The notes: generated by a model not told the origin, from the sequence alone. DNA of 64,000 nt from Eledone cirrhosa (GCA_964016885.1 OZ024745.1:79980001-80044000); one strand, 5' to 3'. Counted from the stretch's first letter, positions 1-12,139 are shown. Numbers and translations: made by a program.

Positions 1-576
1 TGTATCACTAATAATCTCTACATGTGTCATGAAATTATGTCAAATTTGATAAAATTTTACGAGTATATGGCTATGAAGTTTATTCGAGATATGACAATTC
101 TGTGGTGACACATGATATGATAATTAATTATTTACCTGATAACTTCATTGATTTTGTGTCACCTAACAAAACTGAATTGACGTGTCATGAAAAATTAGAC
201 TTTTAGAAAGTGTATCGCCAGTGAGAAAAGTTTGGAAAACTTTGTTCTAGAAGAAATAATTCTGGTTTCTTAAAAAGCACAATAAAATATAAATATGGTA
301 TTTCATCTCACAGATGTATGTAAAACAAATTATTATTGTTGTACAAGACATGACAAAAAATGATTTTTCATTTACTTATATTTGCAAAATATATTAAAAA
401 CAATTTCTTTGGATTAAATTATTAAAAACCCAACAACTGCAAAGAATGTTATAATACATATTTTCAGTTTTTTTGTCAATTATTAAAGGTAAAAAAAAAC
501 AAATGTATAAAAAAAATATTACAATAAACAATAATTTCCATTCATTCAATAATAGATTCCTTATTCTTTGTGGTTC

Positions 577-970
577 AATCAATATATAATTAGAGTGGGT
601 ATTGATCTGGGGTATTGATTAGGCATGGGGTAGTAAGGAAATTATGGTGGGGTGGATGGGTGGATGTAATCAATATATAGCTAGGGTTGGTACAGATCTG
701 AAGTATTGATTAGGTGTGGGGTAGTGGGAGAAAGTGGTGAGGTGGGGTGGATGTAATCAATATATAGCTAGGGTTGGTACAGATCCGAAGTATTGATTAG
801 GTGTGGGGTAGTGGGAGAAAGTGGTGAGGTGGGGTGGATTTAATCAATATATAGCCATGGTAGGTATTGATCTGGGGTATTGATTAGGTGTTGGGTAGTG
901 AGAGAAAGTGATGGGGTGGGTGTAATTAATATATAGCTAGGGTGGGTATTGATCTGAAGTGTTGTTTAGG
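577..970. repeat. G-rich minisatellite, about 87-bp unit, 4-5 copies
   Basis: Repeated aatcaatatatagctagggttggtacagatctgaagtattgattaggtgtggggtagtgggagaaagtggtgaggtggggtggatgt. Confidence 0.9.
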
Positions 971-1336
971 TATGGGTGTGGATCTGTAGTATTTATGAGG
1001 TATTGATGTGTTTTAGACATTGATGGATGTAAGGAATACCTGGGATATTGTTGGGGTGAATAAGGATCTGGGATAGTGATGAAATGTGGAGCTGGATCTG
1101 GAAAATTGATGGTGGTGGTGGAAGAAGTGTCAGTATACTGAAAAAGTACTGTTGATTATACAGGATTTTTCACCATAGATTCTTGTAAAAATCACCTGCC
1201 TGTGAAAGGTATCCAGTGTTAAATTTGAAGTGTGCTGGAGTTTAGCCCAGTTTTCATGACTTTAAAGCAGTTGAGATACATACCTATCACTCTTGCCTCA
1301 ACCCCTATTTCTACTTCTGCTGTTCAACAGAAATTC

Positions 1337-1508
1337 CAAAATATTGCAGGTTTTACCCATGGACTGTTGTGATCTCCACACTGTAAGCAATCAAAATATT
1401 GCAGGTTTTCCCCATGGACTGTTGTGATCTCCACACTGTAAGCAATCAAAATATTGCAGGTTTTCCCCATGGACTGTTGTGATCTCCACACTGTAAGCGA
1501 TCAAAATA
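1337..1508. repeat. 55-bp tandem repeat, 3 copies
   Basis: caaaatattgcaggttttccccatggactgttgtgatctccacactgtaagcaat starts at 1337, 1392, 1447 and partially at 1502. Confidence 0.95.
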
Positions 1509-1747
1509 CTGATGAATCAAACAATCATCCTCCTGCCTACATCAATGAAATCTACCTACACATTATTAGCTATGGAAACTGGCTTATTAAAGTCATCATC
1601 ATCACCGTTTAATGTCCATCTTCCATACATTTCATTGTTCAATACACACACACGTACATACACTCCCAATAAGCATAAACCTAATATAACTGTATACAAT
1701 TGCCTCCTGTGTTTTGTTTGTTCATTTTCAACTAAATATATATATAA

Positions 1748-2138
1748 ATATTGTTATACTTTGGGAGGGTCATGCTGCCAATAAAAACACACGCACCTGT
1801 TGGTTTTCACTTCAATTTATTACGAATTTCCAGTTGGCTGGTTCGATAACCGGAAGGTTGTTTATATATTGTCAAAGCTCTTTCGTCACACATTCTGTGA
1901 CCTCCTCAGTGACTAGGTTTTTATTTTGTATCTCTCCTTTGTTCTGTCCTACGCCATCTTGTTTTTGTGATAACCTTCCAGTTATCGAACCAACCAAACC
2001 AACCAGAAATTTATAATAAATTGAAAACCAACAGGTGTGTGTGTTTTATTGGCAGCATGAGTCTCCCAAAGTATAACAATATCTGTTTCAACACACGTTT
2101 TCAGATAAGAAATCTTGCAAAACAAATTCAAAAACGAA
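1748..2138. mobile_element. ORF-less Penelope-like pLTR remnant with inverted arms (same family as 52520-55138)
   Basis: Arms 1748-1859 and 1972-2083 are reverse complements; sequence matches the pLTR at 52520-52819; flanked by (TA)n. Confidence 0.85.
1871..1913 (-). ncRNA. Minimal type I hammerhead ribozyme (family A)
   Basis: gtca-CTGAGGA-g-gtcaca gaatg tgtgac-GAAA-gagc-TT-tgac. Confidence 0.75.
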
Positions 2139-2171
2139 GTGTATATCTATCTATCTATATATATATATATT

Positions 2172-2374
2172 ACTTGCTTGCTTGTCTGTAATGTAATACA
2201 GCCAAAAGAGCGCATAATGGGAAAATACTTTGAAAGGAAGTTTACCCAAGATATGGGGTTTTTCCGGGTACCTTCATAAACAAAGAGAGAGAAAGAGATA
2301 GTGGTTGTGAGAGAGAGAGAAAGAGATAGTGGTTGTGAGACATAGAGTGAGAGAGAGAGGAGACATAGAAGGAG

Positions 2375-2418
<44 letters not shown>

Positions 2419-2910
2419 AGTGGTGGTGTTGTGTGTGTATATATATATATATATGTGTGTGTGTGAGTGTATGTGTGTATATATATATGTGTGTATGTGT
2501 GTCTGTGAGTGTCTATGACCAGTGTATATAAATCATAGACACCCACATATATATACACACACATACATATATATATATATGTATACAAACACACACATAC
2601 ACACACGTATATATATATCGGGTTTCCAGTTTCATTTCACATTATATACATGTCTGTGTATATTTTAATTATTTAAAATATATTTTGAAGTGAACGTGAC
2701 CCAACGTGTCACGAGTAGTCTGGTATAATACTAAAAGTCTGTGATTGCTTGCTTGCTTGTCTGTAATGTAATACAGCCAAAAGGGCGCATAATGGGAAAA
2801 TATTTTGAAAGGAAGTTGCCCCTGAAATGGGAATACAAATGGAATAAAATAAATTTCGCGTAAATCGAAGCACAGGTTCCCGTGATATGGAGTTTTCTGG
2901 GTACCTTCAT

Positions 2911-2954
<44 letters not shown>

Positions 2955-3130
2955 GATAGAGAGAAAGAGATAGTGGTTGTGAGAGAGTAGATTGAAAAAG
3001 AGACATAGAGAGAGGGAGAGAGAAGGAGAATGGGAGAGAGAAAGAGAGAAAGCTGGTGGAGTTGTTGTGTATATATGTGAGTGTGTGTGTCTATGACCAG
3101 TGTATATAGATCACAGACACCCACATATAT
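2172..3130 (+). mobile_element. Tandem (head-to-tail) non-autonomous Helitron-like repeat, about 580-bp unit with (GA)n and (GT)n tracts
   Basis: Unit start ttgcttgcttgtctgtaatgtaatacagcc at about 2174 and 2750; unit end acccaacgtgtcacgagtagtCTGG at 2720-2723 corresponds to acccaacgggtcacgggtggtCTAGT in the copy at about 20884-20909. Confidence 0.55.
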
Positions 3131-3576
3131 ATATAGAGAAATTTCTTTAGTCTAAAATACGGTGAAAGCTTATAATTTCTAATTTCTAATTTCAAACTCG
3201 CGCACCGTTTCAAAAACATACTTACATGTTTACATTTATAATTTGCTTGTATATATATATATATACACACACACACATTTATATGTATACATACATATAC
3301 ACACGTATATATAATGGTCTTCCAGTTTCTTTTCACATTATATATATGTCTGTATATATTTTTATATTTGGGGAGGGTCATATTTGCGTAATATTGCCAG
3401 AATTAATAACAGAACACACTCACTGTTTGGTTGGTTTTCGCTTCTCGCTGTCTTTTATATATATATATCTGCGATCTAACTTACTCGGTCCTCAATGTTG
3501 CCATTGACTGACCGGCGGTCAAAAATAATACAGATACAATATAGACAAACACATATATATATAGTTTACATAATTT

Positions 3577-3619
3577 ACATAAATCTTTCGTTGCACATCT
3601 GCAACATCGTCAGTGGTGT
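3577..3619 (-). ncRNA. Hammerhead ribozyme motif (family B), inverted-arm copy
   Basis: Exact reverse complement of the 4770-4812 motif. Confidence 0.7.
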
Positions 3620-4769
3620 TATATTCATTGTTCCTCCTGTTGTGTTGTATGTCTACGCCATTTTTTTTTGTTCAGTCTGTCTATATATTTATTTATTTAT
3701 TTGCTTGTTTGTTTATCTTATTTTATTTTGTCTTCTTTGCGCATGCGTTTGCGTGTGTGTATAGTGTTATGTGTGATGTGTGACTAGTGTGTATAGTGTT
3801 GTGTCTGCTGGGTGACTAGTGTGTGTTTATGTGCTTGTGTATGTATTTATTTATCTTATTTTATTTATTTTATTTAATTTACTTATTTATTTATACTTCT
3901 CTTAGGTCAGTGTTGTTTGTTTGGGTGTTGTTTAAGTGGGTCTTTCTCAGGGCCTTTCTACACTGGTTAGCTAAGCTAACCAGTGTAGAAAGGCCCTGAG
4001 AAAGACCCACTTAAAAATAAAGGTGGTAGAAAAGCCAGGAACCACCATAAAATCCCTGATCAGCAAAACCTACCCTTTTAAGAAAACCCACTGTACCAAT
4101 AGGAAATGTATCATATGTAAGGTGAACCCCCGGATAAACTGTAAAACTAGAAACGTAGTCTATAGCATAAGATGTACAGAGGGTACTTGCAGAAACACGA
4201 CAACAACATACATAGGTGAGACAGCTCGTAGCATAGGTGAAAGGATAGACCAACACTGGGGGGAACTAAAAGGACGAAAAAACGGGTCAGTACTATACGA
4301 ACATGCTAGACAACAACATGACGGTAACATAGACAACATAGAAATTAGAATAATATCTAAACATAGGAATGACCCAGCAGATAGGCAAATCAGAGAGGCC
4401 AGTGAAATAGAAATTAGAAGACCAAAGCTAAACAGAAAGAATGAGTGGAACAACAACAACATCCAAACAAACAACACTGACCTAAGAGAAGTATAAATAA
4501 ATAAGTAAATTAAATAAAATAAATAAAATAAGATAAATAAATACATACACAAGCACATAAACACACACTAGTCACCCAGCAGACACAACACTATACACAC
4601 TAGTCACACATCACACATAACACTATACACACACGCAAACGCATGCGCAAAGAAGACAAAATAAAATAAGATAAACAAACAAGCAAATAAATAAATAAAT
4701 ATATAGACAGACTGAACAAAAAAAAAAATGGCGTAGACATACAACACAACAGGAGGAACAATGAATATA

Positions 4770-4812
4770 ACACCACTGACGATGTTGCAGATGTGCAACG
4801 AAAGATTTATGT
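4770..4812 (+). ncRNA. Hammerhead ribozyme motif (family B)
   Basis: ca-CTGACGA-t-gttgca gatg tgcaac-GAAA-gatt-TA-tg; strong stem II, weak stem I. Confidence 0.7.
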
Positions 4813-5344
4813 AAATTATGTAAACTATATATATATGTGTTTGTCTATATTGTATCTGTATTATTTTTGACCGCCGGTCAGTCAATGGCAACATTGAGGA
4901 CCGAGTAAGTTAGATCGCAGATATATATATATAAAAGACAGCGAGAAGCGAAAACCAACCAAACAGTGAGTGTGTTCTGTTATTAATTCTGGCAATATTA
5001 CGCAAATATAACCCTCCCCAAATATAACAATATCTGTTTCGACACGATTTCATATAAAAAACCTCGCAAAACTAATTCATCGCCGCTATGTATATATTTT
5101 AATTGTTTAAAAACTATTTTTAGTGAACATGACTCACCAGGTTTAGTATACACATACGTGACACGTGAATACAGAGAGAAAGAGAAAGAGAAAGAGAGGG
5201 ACATAGAAAAGATAAGAATAAAATTATATGTAAACAGTTTATATTATGTTGTTTATTCCTTCATGATTCATGTAGATAATAAAATATCTCTAATGTAAGC
5301 TGATCCATTACATGTAAATCTAGGAGGGGTGTTTATTTCATGTA

Positions 5345-5535
5345 ATAATTGTTTCTACTTTTGGCACAAAGCTAGCAATTATCCCAGTGCATTACTGGTA
5401 TTTTATTTTAACAACCCTCGTAAGGATAAAAGGCAAAGTTAACCTCAGCGAAATTCAAACTCAGACCGTAAAGGGCCATGACTCTATGCTGCAAAGCATG
5501 GTATCCGACTCTCTACTGATACTGCCAATGTCATT
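5345..5535 (-). mobile_element. tRNA-derived SINE family 1 (about 190 bp). Other copies at about 6205-6400(-), 8803-8985(-), 10155-10347(-), 10885-10990(-), 21107-21297(-), 38070-38260(+), 38780-39112(+), 40328-40760(+, two copies), 51458-51645(-)
   Basis: Pol III A box (tggcagtatcggtag) and B box (gagttcaaatccc), shared body cgaggttaactttgcctttcatcc...aataaagtaccag, tail agaaacaattatt. Confidence 0.9.
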
Positions 5536-5827
5536 GCCTCAGTTCAGTAAAGTTTACGAAATGAAATAAATTTGTGAAGAGAAAAATTGTTGGTCCTTCA
5601 TTTTGATTTGAGCTATATGTTTGAGAAGACAACGCTTATGTGCAGCTAAATTATTAACAGTCAATATACAACTAAACCAGCCAAGACAAAGAAATTCATA
5701 GATTGTCAATACATGATTAAATACTGTGGAATGGCATCTGATCAATGCTGGACACTAGACAACTAGATGTGCCAGCACTAGGAGAATGAATGTTATTGCC
5801 CTGGGGTTAACATTAGTACAGAAGACC

Positions 5828-6125
5828 ATCATCATCATCATCACCGTTTTACGTCCGTTCTTCCACGCTAGCATGGGTTAGACGGGTTGTCCTGTTGTGG
5901 GCAGTGTCTGGTCGGCTGACCATGCCTTGCTCATACAGGAACTGATCTGGCTTGATTTCTACAGCTGGATGCCCTTCCTAACACCAACCTCATTTACAGT
6001 GAGTGCTGGGTGCTTTTTCGTGGCGCCTACACGTCCACTTTACAGTGTGGGCTGGGTGCTTTTTTGCCGTGGCACCTCCACGACCACCTTGCGGTGGGAG
6101 GGGGGGGGGGGCATATTGTTTATAT
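5828..6125 (-). mobile_element. 3' UTR fragment of RTE subfamily C (another copy at about 9518-9870)
   Basis: Near-identical to 37690-37978, which directly follows an RTE ORF; (GAT)n tail. Confidence 0.85.
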
Positions 6126-6734
6126 GATACAATATTTCAACCTACAATTTCTGATAAGGTAGTCATATTATAATGGATAAAAGATCAAAGCATGGCTTTT
6201 TGTAATAATTGTTTCTATTAAATACTGGCACAAGGCCAGCAATTACCCAGTATATTACTGGTACTTTATTTTATTGACCCCGTAAGGATGAAAGGCAAAG
6301 TTAACCTCGGCGGGATTTGAACTCAGATCATAAAGGGACGTAACTCTATGCTTCAAAGCATGGTGTCCGACTCTCTACCTATACTGCCAATCCACCGCCT
6401 GCTTTTGTAATAATATAAAGCCTTTGGTACTGACATGTTTTTTTGACAAAGCAGAGATAAATATAGAATTTAAACTCTACTGCAGATTTCGAGTCATCTT
6501 TTTTCCTTTTATTACAATTAGCATGAACACACATGTATATCATCATAATAATTTCATCATTATCATATATATATATATAATATGTCTTTCAGTCTGGTGG
6601 TAAAAATACCCTGTAATGAAAAAGCATATTCCTTTCATGTATTCTCTCCTATATATTTTGAAGAGGCCAGAAAAATTTCCAACGCAAGTCCTTTACTCCA
6701 TTGCTTCATTTGATATATATATATATTTATATCT

Positions 6735-6997
6735 AAAGTCTAAAGTCTGTCTTAAGCCAGAAGGCTCATTTGGCAGGTGTTTATCCTGGGTTCATGGTGT
6801 GAAGCGACTGAGAGTACAAAGCTCCCCCCTCAAGACTCAAACCTCCAGCCATTGCTGGTACTCATTTTCAGCTGAGTATACTGGACCAACATGAAATGAA
6901 GTGTTTTGCTCAAGAACACAACACGCAGCCCAGGAATCGAGCCCACGACATTATGATCGTAAGTTCAACACTCTTACCACTAGGCCACGTGCCTCCA
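6735..6997 (-). mobile_element. tRNA-derived SINE family 3 (related head at about 8015-8330 on +)
   Basis: Head ggaggcacgtggcctagtggtaagagtg...gggctcgattcctggg with A and B boxes; tandem tail gactttagactttaga. Confidence 0.75.
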
Positions 6998-7158
6998 CAT
7001 ATATATATAATATATATATATACATATATATATAATATATATACATATATATATAATATATATATATATATGCATATATATATATATATACATATATATA
7101 TAATATATATATATACATATATATATAATATATATATATATATATACATATATATGTA

Positions 7159-7213
<55 letters not shown>

Positions 7214-7239
7214 TCATATATATACATATATATATATAT

Positions 7240-7540
7240 ATATATGCAAAAGTTTTATTTAAAATTGTTGGGTTACAACGAGTAAATATTTTATAACTGA
7301 TATAAAGCACTCAAGTTTTGGAGTAGATATACGATATTAAACAAATGGAAACTATATTTATAAAACCATATCTATTTCATTATACATATTTCAGGGATAC
7401 CATATTAAAAATATGGCATGCCTTCTTGTATTTTATCTGAAGAAGGCATGCCATATTTTTAATATGGTATCCCTGAAATATGTATAATGAAATAGATATG
7501 GTTTTATAAATATAGTTTCCATTTGTTTAATATCGTATAT
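7240..7540 (+). mobile_element. Short ORF-less hammerhead-bearing element (family C) with fold-back arm; second copy at about 35430-35675
   Basis: Shared start atatgcaaaagttttattt...gttgggttacaacgagtaaatattttataactga; 7326-7427 is the reverse complement of 7440-7540; (TA)n on both flanks. Confidence 0.8.
7429..7494 (+). ncRNA. Type I hammerhead ribozyme (family C)
   Basis: tattttat-CTGAAGA-aggcatgccatatt ttt aatatggtatccct-GAAA-tatgta-TA-atgaaata; 8-bp stem I covaries with the copy at 35567. Confidence 0.85.
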
Positions 7541-7672
7541 ATATATATATATGTGTGTGTATATATATATATATGTATGTATGTATGTAAAAGGTAAACG
7601 AAATAACAACACAATCGGTACAGTATATGGAAGGGATATGTTAGGTTAACGCTTGATATAACAGGAAGAGGG

Positions 7673-7708
7673 TCTTAACATTTCGGATACTAGTCCTTCA
7701 TCAGAAGA
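7673..7708 (-). ncRNA. Minimal type I hammerhead ribozyme (family D)
   Basis: tctt-CTGATGA-a-gga ctagta tcc-GAAA-tg-TT-aaga; stem III is one change from the palindrome AACGTT. Confidence 0.75.
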
Positions 7709-7950
7709 AAGAATGAAAAATAAGATAGATTGAGGGGACGGGCGGGTTGGAATTGAAAAAAATATCTTTAGATAAAAATAACAGGTCCATTCATGTTGAC
7801 ATCTCTTGCAAAACTGTTGGTAGAACACTGGAGGGTTTATCCATAGTAGTAGAGTACTCAGTCCATGAGACGAGTTTGATAGAAGTAGTTCCACAACAGT
7901 TAGTTCACCATACCGCAATCAAATGTTTCACCTTATGCAGATATACAGAT

Positions 7951-7982
7951 CGAGCTGAAGATCCGCATAAGGTGAAACATTA
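7951..7982 (+). ncRNA. Hammerhead motif (family E), 3'-truncated, in a small fold-back
   Basis: cgag-CTGAAGA-tccgcataaggt-GAAA-catt, then (TA)n; an inverted degenerate copy lies at about 7912-7948. Confidence 0.5.
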
Positions 7983-8982
7983 TATATAAATATATGTGTG
8001 TATCAGTGTCTGTGAGAAAACCATGGCTTAATGGTTAGTGTTTGGCTTACAATCATGAGGTTGTGAATTTCATTCCCAGACCAGGCGATGCATTGTGTCC
8101 TTGAGCAAGACACTTTATTTCATACTGCTTCAGTTCACCCAGCTGTAGAAATGAGTTGTGATGTCACTGATGCCAAGCTATGTCAGCTTTCTCCTTTCCC
8201 TTGGACAACATTGCTGGTGTGTGGAAGTGAGACTGGTATGCATGTAACACTGCTAGTCTTCCACAAAAACAACTTGCTCAGACTTGTACCTCAGAGAGGA
8301 ACTTTCTAGGTGTAAAATCCATGGAGGTAATATATATATGTATGTGTGTGTGGGTGTATATATATATATATATATATATATACCAAGTGATATTATGCAT
8401 ATATATCTTTTTATAAACATGTCCACATTGCATATATGCATAATTGCTCGTCATATTCACGTAATATTAAACATTTGTAAGTGTATGAGTGTATGAGTCT
8501 CTGTATTACGTTGTATGTGTGTACTTGAACACACTCATATTTTTATGGACTCATCACATCGATGTGATGGGATGAAACCCTGCCAAAAGTAGAATACTGT
8601 GTATTGTGAGTGCCAGCCAATGAAACAAGGCATATTTCTCGACTTGCCTGTGTGATTTTAATGAAATGTAAGTAGTGGAAGGGATTACAATTGAAAAACA
8701 CACTTCTGAAAAAGATAGTCTATTGTTGAATTATCTAGCCATTTATATATATATATATGAGTGTGTGTGTCTGTGTTTGTGTGTGTATGTTATATATATA
8801 TAATAATTGTTTCTATTTTTGGCGCAAGGCCAGCAATTACCCCAGTGCATTACTGGTGCTTTATTTTATCGACCCCATAAGGATGAAAAGCAAAGTTAAC
8901 CACAGTGGGATTTGAACTCAGAACGTAAAGGGCCCTAACTCTATGCTGCAAAGCATGATGTCTGACGCTCTACCGATACTGC

Positions 8983-9405
8983 CAATACATAGTCCACATG
9001 ACGGATTTCCCCTTGGAAATCCGTCGTGTGGACTATGTATTGATGAACGAATAAATATTCTAAAGAGATTATGCAATAGTGATTGCCTAAACACGAGAAA
9101 TGAATTCTTCACACGTTGTCCCCACGTCTCGAAACACCTCTTACATAACTACAAAGCTCCGGATTGAATCACAACATCCTAATTTTCTTATCAACTAGAA
9201 ACTTTTCGGACTTTCGCAATTATCTCCCTTACACCTCTCGCATGCTTTTTAGTATTGCCTGTGTAAAGTGACAGTTTCTGCGCATGCGTGTTCATACGGT
9301 TGTCCTTCCAGTTCCGTATAACCATGTCCATTACAAGCTGAGGATCCGCTAAGGTGAAACAATTGTTCTCGGTATGGTGAACTAACTGTTGTGTAACCAC
9401 TTCTA
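8983..9405 (+). mobile_element. Penelope-like 3' fragment (GIY-YIG C-terminus and pLTR) inserted into a SINE
   Basis: GNPSCGLCIDERINILKRL...LNTRNEFFTRCPH matches the CxLCxxE...LNxRxE...CxH end of PLE endonucleases; begins with a 28-bp fold-back hairpin. Confidence 0.75.
9334..9371 (+). ncRNA. Hammerhead motif (family E)
   Basis: caag-CTGAGGA-tccgctaaggt-GAAA-caattg-TT-ctcg; palindromic stem III AACAATTGTT; very short stem II. Confidence 0.6.
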
Positions 9406-10079
9406 TATATATATATATATATATAAACGTTTGAATTTGTAAAGCCAAAACAATGCAGGTATGGACATAGAATAAAAAAAATGCAAATGCAAAAGATATT
9501 GTTGACAATTAGTCACTCATCATCATCATCATCACCGTTTTACGTCCGTTCTTCCATGTTAGCATGGGTTAGACGGGCTGTCCTGTTGTGGGCAGTGTCT
9601 GGTTGACTGACTATGCCTTGCTCATACAGGAACTGATTTTGGCTTGATTTCTACAGCTGGATGCCCTTCCTAACACCAACCTCATTTACAGTGAGTGCTG
9701 GGTGCTTTTTTCCGTGGCGCCTACACGTCCACTTTACAGTGTGGGCTGGGTGCTTTTTTGGCGTGGCACCTCCACGACCACTTTGCAGTGGGAGGGTGTG
9801 GGGGCATATTGTCTATATGCATCAGCTTGTACCCATGGGAGGTCGGGTACTCTGTATTACTGCGTGACTGTAACTAATTATATAAATATGTATATATATG
9901 TATATATATATGCCGAGAATAAGTGACATAGTCACTACTTTAAAACTCATAGCGAATGGTCTTCAAAATGTTTTTAATTAAATGTACAGTATATTGCCAA
10001 ATATACTGTACATACATTCATGTATAAATCGCTATTTCAGAGCACCAATACTAATACCATATATATATATATGGTATTA

Positions 10080-10114
<35 letters not shown>

Positions 10115-10480
10115 TATTTGGGGAGGGTCATATTGTTATAATATTGCAAGAAATAATAATTATTTCTACTTTAGGCACAAGGCCAGCGATTATCCCAGTG
10201 CATTACTGGTACTTTATTTTATCGACCCCGTAAGGATGAAAGGCAAAGTTAACCTCGGCGGGATTTGAACTCAGATCATAAAGGGACGTAACTATGCTGC
10301 AAAGCATGGCGTTCGACCCTCTACCGATACTGCCAATCCACCGCCCTTGCCAGAAATAATAATAAAACACATTCACTGTTTGGTTTCGATTGGTTTTCGC
10401 TTCTGTATCTTATATATCTCTATAGTTAATTTATCTGCTAATCAATGTTTATCATTGATTGACCAATGATTAAAAATTAA

Positions 10481-10570
<90 letters not shown>

Positions 10571-10646
10571 CAGGATGGATTCAGTTTGTAACTGGTTAGA
10601 CCATTACTCAACAGAGTACTCAATACTTGGGGTAGTAGAGTATGAT

Positions 10647-10770
10647 TATATTATAAAGAGTTGGGACCCCGACGGCTGAGCACTTGCTGTTTCAACAGCT
10701 AGTTCCATACTGGAACTAGCTGTTGAAACAGCAAGAGCTCAGCCGTCGGGGTCCCAACTCTTTATAATAT

Positions 10771-10771
<1 letters not shown>
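10647..10771. repeat. Near-perfect 61-bp-arm palindrome (3-nt loop)
   Basis: Arms 10647-10707 and 10711-10771 with one mismatch; arm is homologous to a single-copy repeat at about 33470-33515. Confidence 0.95.
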
Positions 10772-10812
<41 letters not shown>

Positions 10813-11009
10813 ACACACACACATATACCCGTATGTATGTATATATATATATATATATATACATGAGGTAAGACTAATGAATAATGATTTCTACTATAAG
10901 CACAAGGCCAGCAATTTGAGAGGAGGCGAAAGTTAATTAAATTGACCCAATTGCGTTACTGGTACTTTATTTTATCGTCGCCTTTAGGAATGTACATACT
11001 TATGTAGAT

Positions 11010-11575
11010 ATGTATGTACTTATACATGTATATATGTATATATATATGTATGTACGTATGTATGTATAGATGTACATACATACATATGTATATATTATTG
11101 TATGTACATATGTGTGTGTATGAATGCATGTATATATGTATATATATGTATGTACGTATGTATGTATAGATGTACATACATACATATGTATATATTATTG
11201 TATGTACGTATGTGTGTGTATGAATGCATGTATATATGTATATATATATGTATGTACGTATGTATGTATAGATGTACATACATACATATGTATATATATA
11301 TGTATGTACGTATGTATGTATAGATGTACATACATACATATGTATATATATATGTATGTACGTATGTATGTATAGATGTACATACATACATATGTATATA
11401 TTATTGTATGTACGTATGTGCGTGTATGAATGCATGTATATATGTATATATATGTATGTACGTATGTATGTATAGATGTACATACATACATATGTATATA
11501 TTATTGTATGTACTTATGTGTGTGTATAAATGTATGTATATGTGTATATGTATGTATATATGTATGTATGTATGC
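11010..11575. repeat. Higher-order (TA/TG/CA) minisatellite
   Basis: Repeated tatgtacgtatgtatgtatagatgtacatacatacatatg blocks. Confidence 0.9.
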
Positions 11576-12040
11576 TCAAGGACATGGAATTACTTAGTTT
11601 GTTACCTAAGCAAGCAGTTTAGCCCACCAGGAGTGTGAGACCCCTAATTCTTGTGAGGACATTAAACTAGAAAAAAGATAACTCCGATGTAAAACCTGTG
11701 ATTCGGTAGCAACCATGATGATGACCTGATCTTTTTGGATACCTGTCGCCGGTGTTCAGAGAGTGGGATTGGTCCACTGCAAAGCCTTTCTTCACATAAA
11801 AAAAGCTTCAAACACAGGCACCACTTGATCTAAATAACTCTCACGTGTGTTGCCTTTTCTTTTTTCTTTCACTGCAGCATATGCAGAAAGGAATCTAAGT
11901 CTTTAAAAGTACTAAAAAGTCATATTCGCGCTACGCTTGTATGAACAATAGGTCAAGGGATGGTGATTCTCAAAATTGAGATGCAGCCATTATATGTATG
12001 TATGTATGTGTGTATGTGTATGTATGTGTATATATATATA

Positions 12041-12075
<35 letters not shown>

Positions 12076-12108
12076 ATGTATGTATGTATGTATGTGTGTA
12101 TGTATGTG

Positions 12109-12139
<31 letters not shown>

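Larger units (their letters stand above)
3362..5090 (+). mobile_element. 5'-truncated Penelope-like retroelement: GIY-YIG endonuclease C-terminus with about 570-bp inverted pLTR arms
   Basis: ORF 4023-4496 has a Cys-rich linker and NVVYSIRC...YIGETARSIGERIDQH...RQIREASEI...LNRKNEWN (GIY-YIG); 3362-3932 is a near-perfect reverse complement of about 4450-5027. Confidence 0.93.

Noticed and set aside
577-1120. G-rich repeats as telomeric or functional G-quadruplex array
   Set aside because: Not TTAGGG; G-runs are irregular and nothing in the sequence supports a function beyond a minisatellite.
1337-1508. Regularly spaced repeats as a possible CRISPR array
   Set aside because: Units are directly adjacent with no unique spacers, no cas genes are present, and the context is eukaryotic.
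6472-6500. Minus-strand gactcGAAAtctgcagTAgagt half-motif
   Set aside because: Only the 3' half of a hammerhead; no core upstream, so not counted.
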